NCBI RefSeq assembly: GCF_035497235.1
Contig: NZ_DATJEB010000052.1
Location: 21,260 to 85,259, forward strand
Source of the DNA: Agriterribacter sp.
GTDB lineage: Bacteria; Bacteroidota; Bacteroidia; Chitinophagales; Chitinophagaceae
Length of the DNA stretch: 64,000 nucleotides
Reading direction: 5' to 3'
Below, in pieces: positions 27,940 through 37,730 of the stretch. The notes beneath the pieces were generated by a model that did no database searches, had not been told where the DNA came from, and saw only the letters and a list, made by a program, of their open reading frames with translations. The position numbers were made by a program, and so were the translations under genes. Position 1 is the stretch's first letter; each line of letters begins with the position of its first letter.

Positions 27940-30563
27940 TACTGGTTTTCCTTAACAACAATCATATATCCTTTTTTACCTGGAATACTTACTGAACTCA
28001 ATGATTGCAGCGGCTGTTCATCCTGGAAATCTTTTACAAAGGGTATACTGATCGTGCATTTGGATGGATCATAACCAAGCGCACTCCAATCTATGATCAC
28101 TGAACTCACCTGGTCTTCTTTACTCCAGTTGGCTACCGCAATAATGCTTTCTTTATTTCCTTTAAATACAGATGCTTTGATGTGCTCATTGTTGGTAGTA
28201 ACCGCACAGGTTTTATCCCAATAGCCGGTCAGTTCCTTTTCTTCAAAGTTGTGCTGATCCCAGAACTTCCATAATTCATCCGGCGTATTGCCTGTCCAGC
28301 CCGCTCGGTTGGTGATGCCGTATACCATTCCCCGCCATGGATTTCCTCCGCCTTCCAGCATTTGCCCGGGCAAGCCAAAAGGGATACCCGACACTTCAAC
28401 CAGCCAATGATCGGGCAGGCGGTTATAATCTCTTCCTTCGCCTATCCATACCAGGTCGAAATAGGGAAGCAGGTCCATATACAGGTTCAAACAGTTGGCA
28501 TACCCGGCCCACTTATTAAAATGATTCCAGCTATGCAAATCCATCCTGCCTTCCGGGCGGTACTGGTCAATCAGTTTCCTTGCGCGGCGCAATGTAAACC
28601 GGTCGAGCGCTGCATCATCAATGTACACACCATCAATTTTCAAATTTTTCAGCATCCAGTCAAGCCCGCCTATATAAAAATTATTCAGCCTGCTGTTGGG
28701 TGTAGTAATAACAGAAAGATCCAGTTCTCCTTTAAATTTTCCTTCTTTCACAACATTGTACCATGCGGGAATATATTTCTCCCTGAGGTTTTTAATGAGC
28801 CATTCATTGGGCCCCTTGGGATGCAATGCTTCTGTACGACTGGCATTGCCCGGGCCGGGAAACAGCACCTCCCCGTTCAAACTGTAAAAAGCCTGAAACT
28901 CGGGAATGTTTTTAGTGAGCTCACGGGTGGTATAATACAGTTTCAGCCGCTGTTTTTCTTCATGCGCCTTATCAACCAAAGCTTTTAATTCCGCAGTATT
29001 TTCATCTAAGTATGGATAATTAATAAAAGGATAGATGTTTTCGGCATGATGGATATTGACGATATTGGCGCCTGCTTTTTTAGCCTTTTCAATTTTACTG
29101 AATGCATCCGTTCCCCCGCCGTGAAAATATCTGTCGCCATATTTTACTTCATTGCTGATCGTTCTGAAAGGAGTGATCAATAATTCAAAGTCATAATTTA
29201 ATATACTGCCTGTGGCCATCTGGCGGTTTCCTGAATAGGCATTGATCCATACCGCATTATCTTTTTCATCTACATACACACCGCCTTTGTTGTGATTGCC
29301 CCATGACGGGGGAAGATGTAATTGTCCAAACTTGTAGTAAATATTAACCAACGGCAGGGTATAATTCTCCGCTTTTAGCTTAAGCCTCAGTCCGCCATTA
29401 ACTGCTCCAAGCCATAAAGCGTCCTGGTTTTTTGTGGTATCCCACTGCCATTGCCAGGAAGCGGGACGCAAGCCACCTTCGCGGTTCAGCCCCATCATAT
29501 ACTCAGCTTTTTCTTTATTTACCGGTACTTCCAGGCGAATATCCCTGATCTTCAAAGGCTTCAGCGCTTTTAATGCGAGCCTGTAATCCACAAAGCCATC
29601 GAACTCAAGTTTGCCCGAGCAAATCAATTCACATTCGGCCGAGCTGTTTTTTACCTGCCACGCTATATACCCGGGAGCCTGTGCTGTAAACTGCAATGGA
29701 CCGGGTTGCAAAGCGATGGTATCACCATTTTCCTTTTCAATTACAAAGCGGAATGCTTCGCTAAGTATGGGCTCGCCTTTTTGTGCTATGCTTTGATTGG
29801 AAGCGGTGAAATAACTGGCAATTGCCGCCGGCAAACCATTGGCAGCAATATCCACCGACCGTCCTAAAATATGCAGCGTATTGCCTTGACGGCTAACGGG
29901 ATTGTATCCTTTGGTAACCTCATCATTAATACCGAGTGTACTATTCAGCCAGTACATCCGCGATAAGCGTTTGCCCTCGTTGAAGCCGTGATCTTCCACC
30001 ACCTCACCATCAATCTCCAACTGTATTTTTATCGTTTGCGCTTTATTGTTAGCCGATACCGTTGCAGTACCATAATAGGTTCCTTTTGCTATGCCCGAAA
30101 GATCCATGCCAATCCACAAAGGCTGTACCTTATCTTTTTGAATAGCTATCTTTTTTGTAAACGGATTTCCGAGGTAATCAATGCCACCCGCGTTAAAGCA
30201 ACTCACCTTCCGGGAAGAAATTGTTTTCCCATTTTTGGTTTTCAGATCGGAAAAACGGAGTTGTATGTTTTTCAACTCATTTTTTATGGCCCATACGCCC
30301 ACCTGGTAAACAAAGTATTCACCCGGCTGCGCCTGTAAAACGAAGTCATTTTTTGAAGAGTTCTTTTCCAACCACGATACCTCCAAAGAATCATTCCACC
30401 TGATGGGATGTTCTCTTGTTTCGGGAAAAATGTAAAACGGCTGCTTGGATAACGCCGTATATGTTTTTGCTGCGGTTTCCGCTGAAATGTAATTTTCCGT
30501 TCCGGATTGGCTATAAACGCTTACGCTAATGAATAGCGAAAGGCATAAAAAAATATTTCTCAT
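27939..30563 (-). CDS. DUF6067-family secreted glycosidase-like protein (GH123-like N-terminus)
   Basis: Signal peptide; AQPGEYFVYQVG; LSRMYWLNS; NIHHAENIYPFINYPY; LYYTTREL; DGVYIDD; EVSGIPFGLPGQML. Confidence 0.8.
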   Translation of the reverse strand: MRNIFLCLSLFISVSVYSQSGTENYISAETAAKTYTALSKQPFYIFPETREHPIRWNDSLEVSWLEKNSSKNDFVLQAQPGEYFVYQVGVWAIKNELKNIQLRFSDLKTKNGKTISSRKVSCFNAGGIDYLGNPFTKKIAIQKDKVQPLWIGMDLSGIAKGTYYGTATVSANNKAQTIKIQLEIDGEVVEDHGFNEGKRLSRMYWLNSTLGINDEVTKGYNPVSRQGNTLHILGRSVDIAANGLPAAIASYFTASNQSIAQKGEPILSEAFRFVIEKENGDTIALQPGPLQFTAQAPGYIAWQVKNSSAECELICSGKLEFDGFVDYRLALKALKPLKIRDIRLEVPVNKEKAEYMMGLNREGGLRPASWQWQWDTTKNQDALWLGAVNGGLRLKLKAENYTLPLVNIYYKFGQLHLPPSWGNHNKGGVYVDEKDNAVWINAYSGNRQMATGSILNYDFELLITPFRTISNEVKYGDRYFHGGGTDAFSKIEKAKKAGANIVNIHHAENIYPFINYPYLDENTAELKALVDKAHEEKQRLKLYYTTRELTKNIPEFQAFYSLNGEVLFPGPGNASRTEALHPKGPNEWLIKNLREKYIPAWYNVVKEGKFKGELDLSVITTPNSRLNNFYIGGLDWMLKNLKIDGVYIDDAALDRFTLRRARKLIDQYRPEGRMDLHSWNHFNKWAGYANCLNLYMDLLPYFDLVWIGEGRDYNRLPDHWLVEVSGIPFGLPGQMLEGGGNPWRGMVYGITNRAGWTGNTPDELWKFWDQHNFEEKELTGYWDKTCAVTTNNEHIKASVFKGNKESIIAVANWSKEDQVSSVIIDWSALGYDPSKCTISIPFVKDFQDEQPLQSLSSVSIPGKKGYMIVVKENQ

Positions 30564-30638
30564 CTTATATAGTATTCATTATTTTACTATGACAGCTATA
30601 TTTTCTGAAGACGGTTCATTAACATTACCTGAGCAGAG

Positions 30639-31754
30639 TTATTTAGTTTCTTTTAGCCGGCGTGAGATGCCTTTAAGACATTCAAGATGTGATGTTTCTA
30701 TACTACCGTCTCTAAACAAGCATACATCAATGCTCACAACACCACCATTCGCATTACATTTACGGATGTAATCCGCCATAAAATCAGGAGTATACCGCAA
30801 ACCCGGTGCGGCCCACTCATTACCCAGGTAAGACAAAATATGCCACTGCACACCATCGCGCCAGCGGGAAAGCGGCACTTCACCAAACTTGTTCTGCTCA
30901 CCCGTAGTATAATCATCTTCCGGCGTTGATGAGTTGGAGCTTGTCATTTTAGGGTTGTTCAATGCAATGATCCTTTTTGCATTGCCTGCCCGGAGACCTT
31001 TTGCGAGGATAGCCCACTTTTCTTTGTTGTACCCAATATATTCATAACATCCATCTGTCCACCATCCCGCCACTTTATCCTTATAACGTTCGCCATATTC
31101 CGCTGCTACGTTCGCCCATTGCTGCACATAATGTTCGGAAACCTTCTCCGTATAGCCCATAGCTTTAGCGGCTTTTTCATCATCACGCGGGCCATCACCC
31201 GTCCAGTACAGCATTAATTTAATACCCCTTTTATGGAGCGATGTATACAGGTCTTCCACCAGGTCGCGCTTAGCACAGGCCTCACCCGGTTTATACCCGG
31301 TTATTTTATCGAAGGTTTTATTCGGTGCTATAAGGTGACGGGTTCTTTGCATCATGGTAAAGATTACATACGAGGCACCTGTGGATTGTATTTGCGCTGC
31401 AAATTTTTCCGTATCAAATTCATTCACGCAGGCATCCCAACCGGTTGTGCCATCCATGGCATTAATACGGTTACCCGCACACTGCACACTATACAGGTAA
31501 TGTACAAAAACGCCCCAGCCGGCTGCTTTAAACCAATCTGTATTACCCGCTCTTTCAGCAGGAATTTTACTGCTGGTTTCAGGCAGGGTATCTTTTAATG
31601 ATGCCAAATGTTGTACGTAACCGTCATTAACAGCCATAGATTGCATGTCTATAGTTGATACATCCTGTTTTTTAGTTGAAAAAAGGAACAGGGCCAAGAA
31701 TGGTATGTATAGGGCAGGCAAGTAAATTCTCATTATTATTCGCATGATGCACAA
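30639..31754 (-). CDS. Divergent GH29-like (alpha-L-fucosidase-fold) protein
   Basis: DWFKAAGWGVFVHY; FDTEKFA..GASYVIFT; RDLVEDLY..GIKLMLYW; YGERY..AGWWTDG. Catalytic barrel only. Confidence 0.72.
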   Translation of the reverse strand: MCIMRIIMRIYLPALYIPFLALFLFSTKKQDVSTIDMQSMAVNDGYVQHLASLKDTLPETSSKIPAERAGNTDWFKAAGWGVFVHYLYSVQCAGNRINAMDGTTGWDACVNEFDTEKFAAQIQSTGASYVIFTMMQRTRHLIAPNKTFDKITGYKPGEACAKRDLVEDLYTSLHKRGIKLMLYWTGDGPRDDEKAAKAMGYTEKVSEHYVQQWANVAAEYGERYKDKVAGWWTDGCYEYIGYNKEKWAILAKGLRAGNAKRIIALNNPKMTSSNSSTPEDDYTTGEQNKFGEVPLSRWRDGVQWHILSYLGNEWAAPGLRYTPDFMADYIRKCNANGGVVSIDVCLFRDGSIETSHLECLKGISRRLKETK

Positions 31755-31907
31755 TAAGCGAAAATACCAATTTTAGCGGACAGCCGGTTTTTAATCAACT
31801 GCTATTTTGGGGATAACCCCGGCACAAAAGCAAAGGGAAGTCAGCATAATTCGGAACGGTATATACAGAAATTCAATACCTGCAATCATATAGCGGTAAT
31901 ACTGTTT

Positions 31908-31926
31908 GTAGCATTTGAAATGCTAC
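31908..31926. promoter_or_regulatory. Perfect 19-bp palindrome, candidate operator
   Basis: GTAGCATTT-G-AAATGCTAC in the leader of the GH29-like gene. Confidence 0.4.
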
Positions 31927-32021
31927 TATTCCATCAGAGAAGTAATAGTGAGCCTATTACCCAATGCCCGCAAGCTTTCTCATTTGGGGTTACTATATTG
32001 GGTAAAATGCAGTACTTTTTT

Positions 32022-32054
32022 CAAAGCTAACTGATAATGATTGCTGACTTTAAA
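32022..32054 (-). promoter_or_regulatory. Bacteroidota sigma-A-type promoter
   Basis: Minus strand TTTA-N21-TAGCTTTG: exact TAnnTTTG -7 box and a near-consensus -33 box, upstream of the GH29-like/DUF6067 unit. Confidence 0.55.
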
Positions 32055-32115
32055 GGTATAAGAATTTAAAAGGCGCATTTGCGTTTTTCTTTTTCGGTTG
32101 CGCAAAAAATACCAA

Positions 32116-32177
32116 AAGGCACACGAAAACCATACCTGCAGGATGTGCAGGGATTACTGCCCGTTTTCGTGTGCCTT
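32116..32177. terminator. Long inverted repeat with nested hairpin, probable terminator or processing stem
   Basis: Perfect 15-bp arms AAGGCACACGAAAAC / GTTTTCGTGTGCCTT enclosing CCTGCA-GGATG-TGCAGG; 145 nt downstream of the DUF4838 stop. Confidence 0.55.
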
Positions 32178-32321
32178 CCGCGATGTAACTTTTTCACTAC
32201 GGCAAGGCTGATAGTAACTATTACTCAAATAAAATCACTATTTGTAAAGTATTTTCACGTGGGGAGTACAATGCCATCGGTCCAGTTTTCACTATACATT
32301 AGGTTAGTAATATTACCCGCA

Positions 32322-34214
32322 CTATTTGCTATTCGTTTGCCCTTGCAAAAACGCCATGTATTTTTCTAAATATTCTTTAGGTGGCGTATGCCACTCCGCG
32401 GTTCTGCTTACATTGGTACGCAGACAGTGATAGACAAACTCGTATAATATGTTTACTATTTTTGGATTGGGGATTAAAGCTCCATCTTCTCCCGTAACAA
32501 ATGCCCCCCTGCTCCCGGTTTTAACGGCTTTTGCTATCTCAAGCATGGCATAGTATACCGGAAGGCGTGCAGATTTGACCCTTACCAGATATTCCGGCTG
32601 ATGTCGCACTTTCTTTTCCGCTCTGTCAAAAATCCGGTTGTATTCAGCAATTAATTTTTCCGATAAAAAGCTTTCTTGTTCCTGCACAGGAGAGCCGAAT
32701 ATGGACATTTTTACACCTTTACCAGATTGGTTATTATCGTGCAGCAGTTTGATATATTCTTTTATACCGGCAGCGGCAGGACCGTAACAGGCATTGATAA
32801 ATTCATTCTTTTCTTTTTCTATATCAATGTCCGGGTTCCACAACATTTTAGCGATCATATAGGCTCTTAACGGCGCAAAATCACCACCGGACTGGATATT
32901 GCCCTGTTCAAATAATGCAGATACATTATTATCCCTGAGAAACCGGATGTTGGGTTGTAATACACGCAGGTTGGGAAATGGAGCGAACAAGTTTGAAAAA
33001 CGAATGACATAATCCCATACTAATATATTATCGGTAAGTTTTCCCCAGCCTATTAAATCTTCGCTAAAGGCTTTATCGCCCGTTTCCATAGGATCATTGC
33101 GGGAGCTCTCAATACTACACAGCATAATGTTTACATTCCTGCGGAGTACAATGTCTTTAGGTGGTACACGTGAATACTGGTAGGCCAAAGTTGAAATAAT
33201 TTTATCGGGGAAGCGCTCTGCCACCTTATTCACAAAAGCGATAATTGAACCTGAACCTAATGCAGGATATTTTTCTCCGCCATGAGTAGAAAGTAATTTT
33301 TCTTCCGGTGCAAAGGCAGCATACTTTTTATCCAGCGCAGCACAGTTATCGCATCGGCAATAATTCACATTATCGTTTTGGCTAACAGACCAGTATAATG
33401 CCTCCGGCTTCTTATCCATGGCAGCTTTTAGATTTTCACAAACGATCTCAAGCACATCAGGATTTGTTAAGCATAACTGCGCTTCGGGCTGGTAGCTGGA
33501 ACCGTCCCACGAAGGAATTGTGCCTGCATGTCTTTTGCCGTCATAGAAGCTAAAATATTCAGGATGTGCTTCGCCATATTCTTTGGGATCAAGGAGGCTG
33601 TGAAACGTGTGTACCCAATAGCCCCACTGCGTTTTATCGCCGCCTCTTCCTTCAAAGGAATGCAGTTTATGCCAGTTCATAAACTCCGGATCGTACACAT
33701 CATTATAATAGGTTTCCCGGAAACTGAAAGCCGGCAATTGTACATCATTTATTGATGAAAGTACTATAGATTTCTGTTGAGGAACATGCGTAAAATCTGA
33801 GGTGTATTTTCTGCAGCCCAGGTATTTATCCAGGAAGGTATACACACTGTATATCACTCCTTTTTTATCGCCTCCTGTTAAGATTAATTTAGTGTTATCG
33901 GTTTTAATTAATAAGCCGTCTTGCTTTAACTTAGTATAATCTATTTTATTTTGTTCCGGCCTGTTTACATGGCCAATCAAAATTTCAGTAGCTGTGCTTT
34001 TTACATTATCAGCAACTACCGGTAAACTCACGCCCGTGATCCTGAACAAATAATCCTGCAGCACTTTAGCCGCCTGGATTTCTACTATAGTGGCTTTTTC
34101 GGGCATTACAATGCTGTAAGCGGATTTTCCATTTTGCACCAGGGTTATTTTTTGGGCTACAATCGTTTTCAAACAGAAAGTTAAGAAAACTGCCAGGTAA
34201 AACATTTTTTTCAT
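32322..34214 (-). CDS. DUF4838-domain secreted protein with GH67/GH20-type N-terminal domain
   Basis: Signal peptide; AAKVLQDYLFRITG; YSVYTFLDKYLGCR; PAFSFRE; VHTFHSLL..HPEYFS; QLCLTNP; SVSQND; TLAYQY; VWDYV. Confidence 0.88.
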   Translation of the reverse strand: MKKMFYLAVFLTFCLKTIVAQKITLVQNGKSAYSIVMPEKATIVEIQAAKVLQDYLFRITGVSLPVVADNVKSTATEILIGHVNRPEQNKIDYTKLKQDGLLIKTDNTKLILTGGDKKGVIYSVYTFLDKYLGCRKYTSDFTHVPQQKSIVLSSINDVQLPAFSFRETYYNDVYDPEFMNWHKLHSFEGRGGDKTQWGYWVHTFHSLLDPKEYGEAHPEYFSFYDGKRHAGTIPSWDGSSYQPEAQLCLTNPDVLEIVCENLKAAMDKKPEALYWSVSQNDNVNYCRCDNCAALDKKYAAFAPEEKLLSTHGGEKYPALGSGSIIAFVNKVAERFPDKIISTLAYQYSRVPPKDIVLRRNVNIMLCSIESSRNDPMETGDKAFSEDLIGWGKLTDNILVWDYVIRFSNLFAPFPNLRVLQPNIRFLRDNNVSALFEQGNIQSGGDFAPLRAYMIAKMLWNPDIDIEKEKNEFINACYGPAAAGIKEYIKLLHDNNQSGKGVKMSIFGSPVQEQESFLSEKLIAEYNRIFDRAEKKVRHQPEYLVRVKSARLPVYYAMLEIAKAVKTGSRGAFVTGEDGALIPNPKIVNILYEFVYHCLRTNVSRTAEWHTPPKEYLEKYMAFLQGQTNSK

Positions 34215-34421
34215 ATACCAGAATTATTGATTAAAGTGTACAATATTTTTATTCACAATACTTTCCTTTTTGCAGGGTTATAAACAAGGCAATAGCTCAA
34301 AAGACAATAAAAAGGCGTAGGTAGAAACAAACGCCTGTTTAACCTTAGTGGACATTAAAAATAAAATCACTAATAACTATCTTTTTTCAGGCGCTGCGCA
34401 CTGATCGCCGTCAAAGCCTGT

Positions 34422-34502
34422 TGGCAACAATGCTCCTGTAATTCTGTAAAGGCAGTCCTGCAACACCTTAGTTGCCTGTATTTCTATAATCGTAGCGTTT
34501 TT
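34422..34502 (-). pseudogene. Short remnant of another DUF4838 N-terminal domain
   Basis: Intergenic minus frame reads KNATIIEIQATKVLQDCLYRITGALLP versus EKATIVEIQAAKVLQDYLFRITGVSLP in the adjacent intact gene (19/27 identical). Confidence 0.8.
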
Positions 34503-34505
34503 AGA

Positions 34506-35759
34506 TTATTCTCTATTTTTTTCCCAGGTATATATCATCGCATCTCCCGGATCAACCGCTATCGTATTTGTATATGCGCTTGCCGCAATGATCGTCCCAT
34601 CTTTTAATACTTTCTTCACCGATTTATCGGCTACAATAGTCAGCTTCATAGCGTTTTGAAAATCGCGGTTAACGGCAATCAAAAACCTGCGGTCTCCTTT
34701 TTCTAAGACTGATACTATTGCGCCGCCATCACTTGTTTCCAGCACTTTAACCGGAGCAGGAAGTTTGTCTATTCGCTTGGTACCGTCAGGAATCCGGCTA
34801 CCTGTATGGGATACAGAAATCAGTTTCGCACCAAGAAAGACGCCTGAAAGGTCTTGTATCTCCTGGTTGATTAACTTGATATAATCATATATACTGGTCC
34901 GTTTACCATCGAGACCGATTGGGGCGTGATGGAAATCCCAGTTTGGATTTATGCCAGGCGTCCAATAGGTAAAATACTGTAATGCCTGGGCGCCATACGC
35001 CAGGTTGCTGTATAGTTGAAGTTTGATCTCGCCAATCGTAGGTATAGGGTAAGAGGTATGCGCAACCGAAAGTGCAAATGCCCAGAAAGGAAGCCCGCTT
35101 TTTTGAGAAGCTGCTAAAAAAATTTCCAGATTCTTATACCACTCCGGCCGGAGTGTTCTGACACTATTTTTATCTATTACAGGATAATGATCAAAGGAAA
35201 TAAACGGAACAGGTACTTCTCTAAGAAACGCTTCTATATGTTCCGCATAAATATCTTTTCCAGGTTGTATCTGAACGCCTTTACCGAATAGTTGTTCCGC
35301 TCCTGCGTAATTAGGGAAGAGATTAATATAACAGTAATGTTGTTTATCTACGGACTGTATTCTTTTTACCCATGTTCCCAATTCGGGGAATTCTGTGGCG
35401 TTAGGCTCATCCCTTAAATGATAACCGGAAAGTGCAGGATGTTTCATTAATCGTTTTGCCGTTTTTTCGGGATCCGATTTAAGCTCAGGACAGGTAAATA
35501 GCAATTTCACTCCTGTTTTTTGTGCAATATCCAAAGCCTTTTCTACAGCTTCAATATTGGAGTACCATGAAAAATTAATGTTGATACCCGATTCTTTCAG
35601 TTCCCTGAACCGTTCGATCGTTGTTTCTTCTTCAGGAACACCTACCCATGCCAAAATAGGCATTACACCATCCGTCTTAAGTTTCTCCTGAGAAAAAGCA
35701 TAGAAAGCGGGTAGTATAGTTAATTCTATAGCTAAAAAAAACTTATATAATGCGTTCAT
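34506..35759 (-). CDS. Secreted hypothetical TIM-barrel protein, GH42/clan-A-like
   Basis: Signal peptide; GYHLRDEP (candidate acid/base); YINLFPNY; SFDHYP; LAYGAQALQYFTYW; short C-terminal beta domain. Confidence 0.65.
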   Translation of the reverse strand: MNALYKFFLAIELTILPAFYAFSQEKLKTDGVMPILAWVGVPEEETTIERFRELKESGININFSWYSNIEAVEKALDIAQKTGVKLLFTCPELKSDPEKTAKRLMKHPALSGYHLRDEPNATEFPELGTWVKRIQSVDKQHYCYINLFPNYAGAEQLFGKGVQIQPGKDIYAEHIEAFLREVPVPFISFDHYPVIDKNSVRTLRPEWYKNLEIFLAASQKSGLPFWAFALSVAHTSYPIPTIGEIKLQLYSNLAYGAQALQYFTYWTPGINPNWDFHHAPIGLDGKRTSIYDYIKLINQEIQDLSGVFLGAKLISVSHTGSRIPDGTKRIDKLPAPVKVLETSDGGAIVSVLEKGDRRFLIAVNRDFQNAMKLTIVADKSVKKVLKDGTIIAASAYTNTIAVDPGDAMIYTWEKNRE

Positions 35760-35804
35760 TGGTTTTAATTAATATAATTTCAACCTGTTTTAACATCCAA
35801 TTTA

Positions 35805-37607
35805 TTAATGCCGTCCCGTTTCTCTTCCTTCCCACCCCGTTTTACCTTTTTCTATATACAACTCGGTAACAGTTTTAGACACCCTATCGTCTACCTCTTC
35901 TACCAGTTGAATACGTAATGGAGAAGTTAGCTTCTTTTGCCAGTTTAATACAGGTGCATACGGCTGTTTTGTTTTATCTGTTTCAAATACCAGGTATGCC
36001 CATTTTTCATGAAAGAAATTACCTTTTAAAGCCGGAACCATCTGCTGCATATTGGATGATAAAAACGGGAGTGATAAAGCTCTTGCCCAATATATCCATG
36101 GGCCGCCAGTTATATAAAAAAAAGGGTTTAACAACCGGCTTCTGTTTTCCAAACCTGTATTGGAATAACCTAACTGAATACCGGCAAAACCCACACCTGT
36201 TTCTTTATTATAAAAACTAATCCACGGAACATCATCCAGCATTTTTACATCTGTTAATTCCGGCATATTGGTAACATCATACTCTACAATAGAATCTCTC
36301 AAAGCGTCATACCAGGCAGCATGCGTTATCAATTCTCTTTTGAGTACTATTTCAGCATTTCTCAAAGCAATTACCTGCACTGTTTCATTAATGCGTAAAT
36401 TAGTCGTACTAATAAAATACGGTTTTCCGGGGTAAAATTCATATCTAACGGAAGCGTCTACCTGAGGGATTTCGCGCAGGTTACCCCAAACATCGCTAAA
36501 AGAAATTATCGGTCCGATTACAGATTTTACATTTTGTGGTGGTCTCCAGTCAGAGGTATGTGTCCAGGGTACCGGCGGTGCATATACTTCCGGATTCCAG
36601 TGAATGGCGCCATTGGTTTCTTTACGGTGATACAGCGGATATTCTGGTTTGCTTTTAAGTGTTAACTGATCAAAATGGCCCGAATGGGGATGTAAGCCTA
36701 CCGTAAAAAAATCATTATCAATTCTTAAACCCGGCGCTTCGCCCTGCACTCTTAAATCGGTAGTATAATTTTTAATCATTGCGCCTTTATTGCCATAATA
36801 AACCAGGTATATTCTACTGCTTCTGGCTGGCACATCGGCCAGAAAAGCAACTCTTGCCGAAACCGAAGGCATCCATACAGGTACATCTCTGGTAACCTTG
36901 CCATCTTTGCCGGGGGCCAGATCATCTTCAACCAGGTACTCTTGTATATCGTACACCTGAGAAGCAATTTCTTTTACCGTTTTTGTTACGGGGTCAAAAG
37001 CTGCTACCCTGATTTCTCTTTTCAAATCATCCACTTCATCGGGATAAAAAGGCAGCAATACTTCTACCGGTTCAGCTTTTCTTTCTTCACCTGCACTTTC
37101 ACTTAGCACTACAGATTTGTATTTTTGCCATGCGGTATCAAAAACTGCGGATGCTGAAGGTGCAGCAACTTTTTGGGTATGCGTTAAAATCACATCACTC
37201 TTATCATGTTTTAGGTTTTTCTTCATCCTAACGGTTATTTTTATATCATAACTCGTTCCTGGTTTCCATTTTACCCAACCTATTACAGACGGCGTATTAT
37301 ACAGCTTATGATCCTGAGATAAGCCTGCACCGGATGGTGGTCTGTTGGTAAGGTGAGGGTGTGAAAGATCACCCAAATTGTGCTCAGGTCTAAGGTCTGT
37401 GTACCGCAATGTTCTTCCATTTACTGCCATTTCTACTTCAATCATAGAACTGGCCGGCAAACTCAAGTCTGCTTTCACATGATAATAGGGAATAGCCGGA
37501 ACCGGATAATTTATTTCCAATTTAGAAACGTTGAGCTTCTGACTCATTGCATTAAGCCCTATTACTAATGCAAAAAATAAGCCTATTGATTTTTTTAATT
37601 TCACCAT
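35805..37607 (-). CDS. Secreted hypothetical protein (beta-rich; possible mutarotase-like supersandwich)
   Basis: 600-aa ORF with signal peptide, in the same-strand operon; no recognised family motif. Confidence 0.7.
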   Translation of the reverse strand: MVKLKKSIGLFFALVIGLNAMSQKLNVSKLEINYPVPAIPYYHVKADLSLPASSMIEVEMAVNGRTLRYTDLRPEHNLGDLSHPHLTNRPPSGAGLSQDHKLYNTPSVIGWVKWKPGTSYDIKITVRMKKNLKHDKSDVILTHTQKVAAPSASAVFDTAWQKYKSVVLSESAGEERKAEPVEVLLPFYPDEVDDLKREIRVAAFDPVTKTVKEIASQVYDIQEYLVEDDLAPGKDGKVTRDVPVWMPSVSARVAFLADVPARSSRIYLVYYGNKGAMIKNYTTDLRVQGEAPGLRIDNDFFTVGLHPHSGHFDQLTLKSKPEYPLYHRKETNGAIHWNPEVYAPPVPWTHTSDWRPPQNVKSVIGPIISFSDVWGNLREIPQVDASVRYEFYPGKPYFISTTNLRINETVQVIALRNAEIVLKRELITHAAWYDALRDSIVEYDVTNMPELTDVKMLDDVPWISFYNKETGVGFAGIQLGYSNTGLENRSRLLNPFFYITGGPWIYWARALSLPFLSSNMQQMVPALKGNFFHEKWAYLVFETDKTKQPYAPVLNWQKKLTSPLRIQLVEEVDDRVSKTVTELYIEKGKTGWEGRETGRH

Positions 37608-37730
37608 TTGTATACTTCGTTCTTTAAATATTGAAAGTTAAACTATATTAATGTTGTATTATCAGCTTCCATTCTGCTATAATACTTTCATTGTATTGCA
37701 CGTTTCAGCGTTTTACGCGCTATGCTGTAA

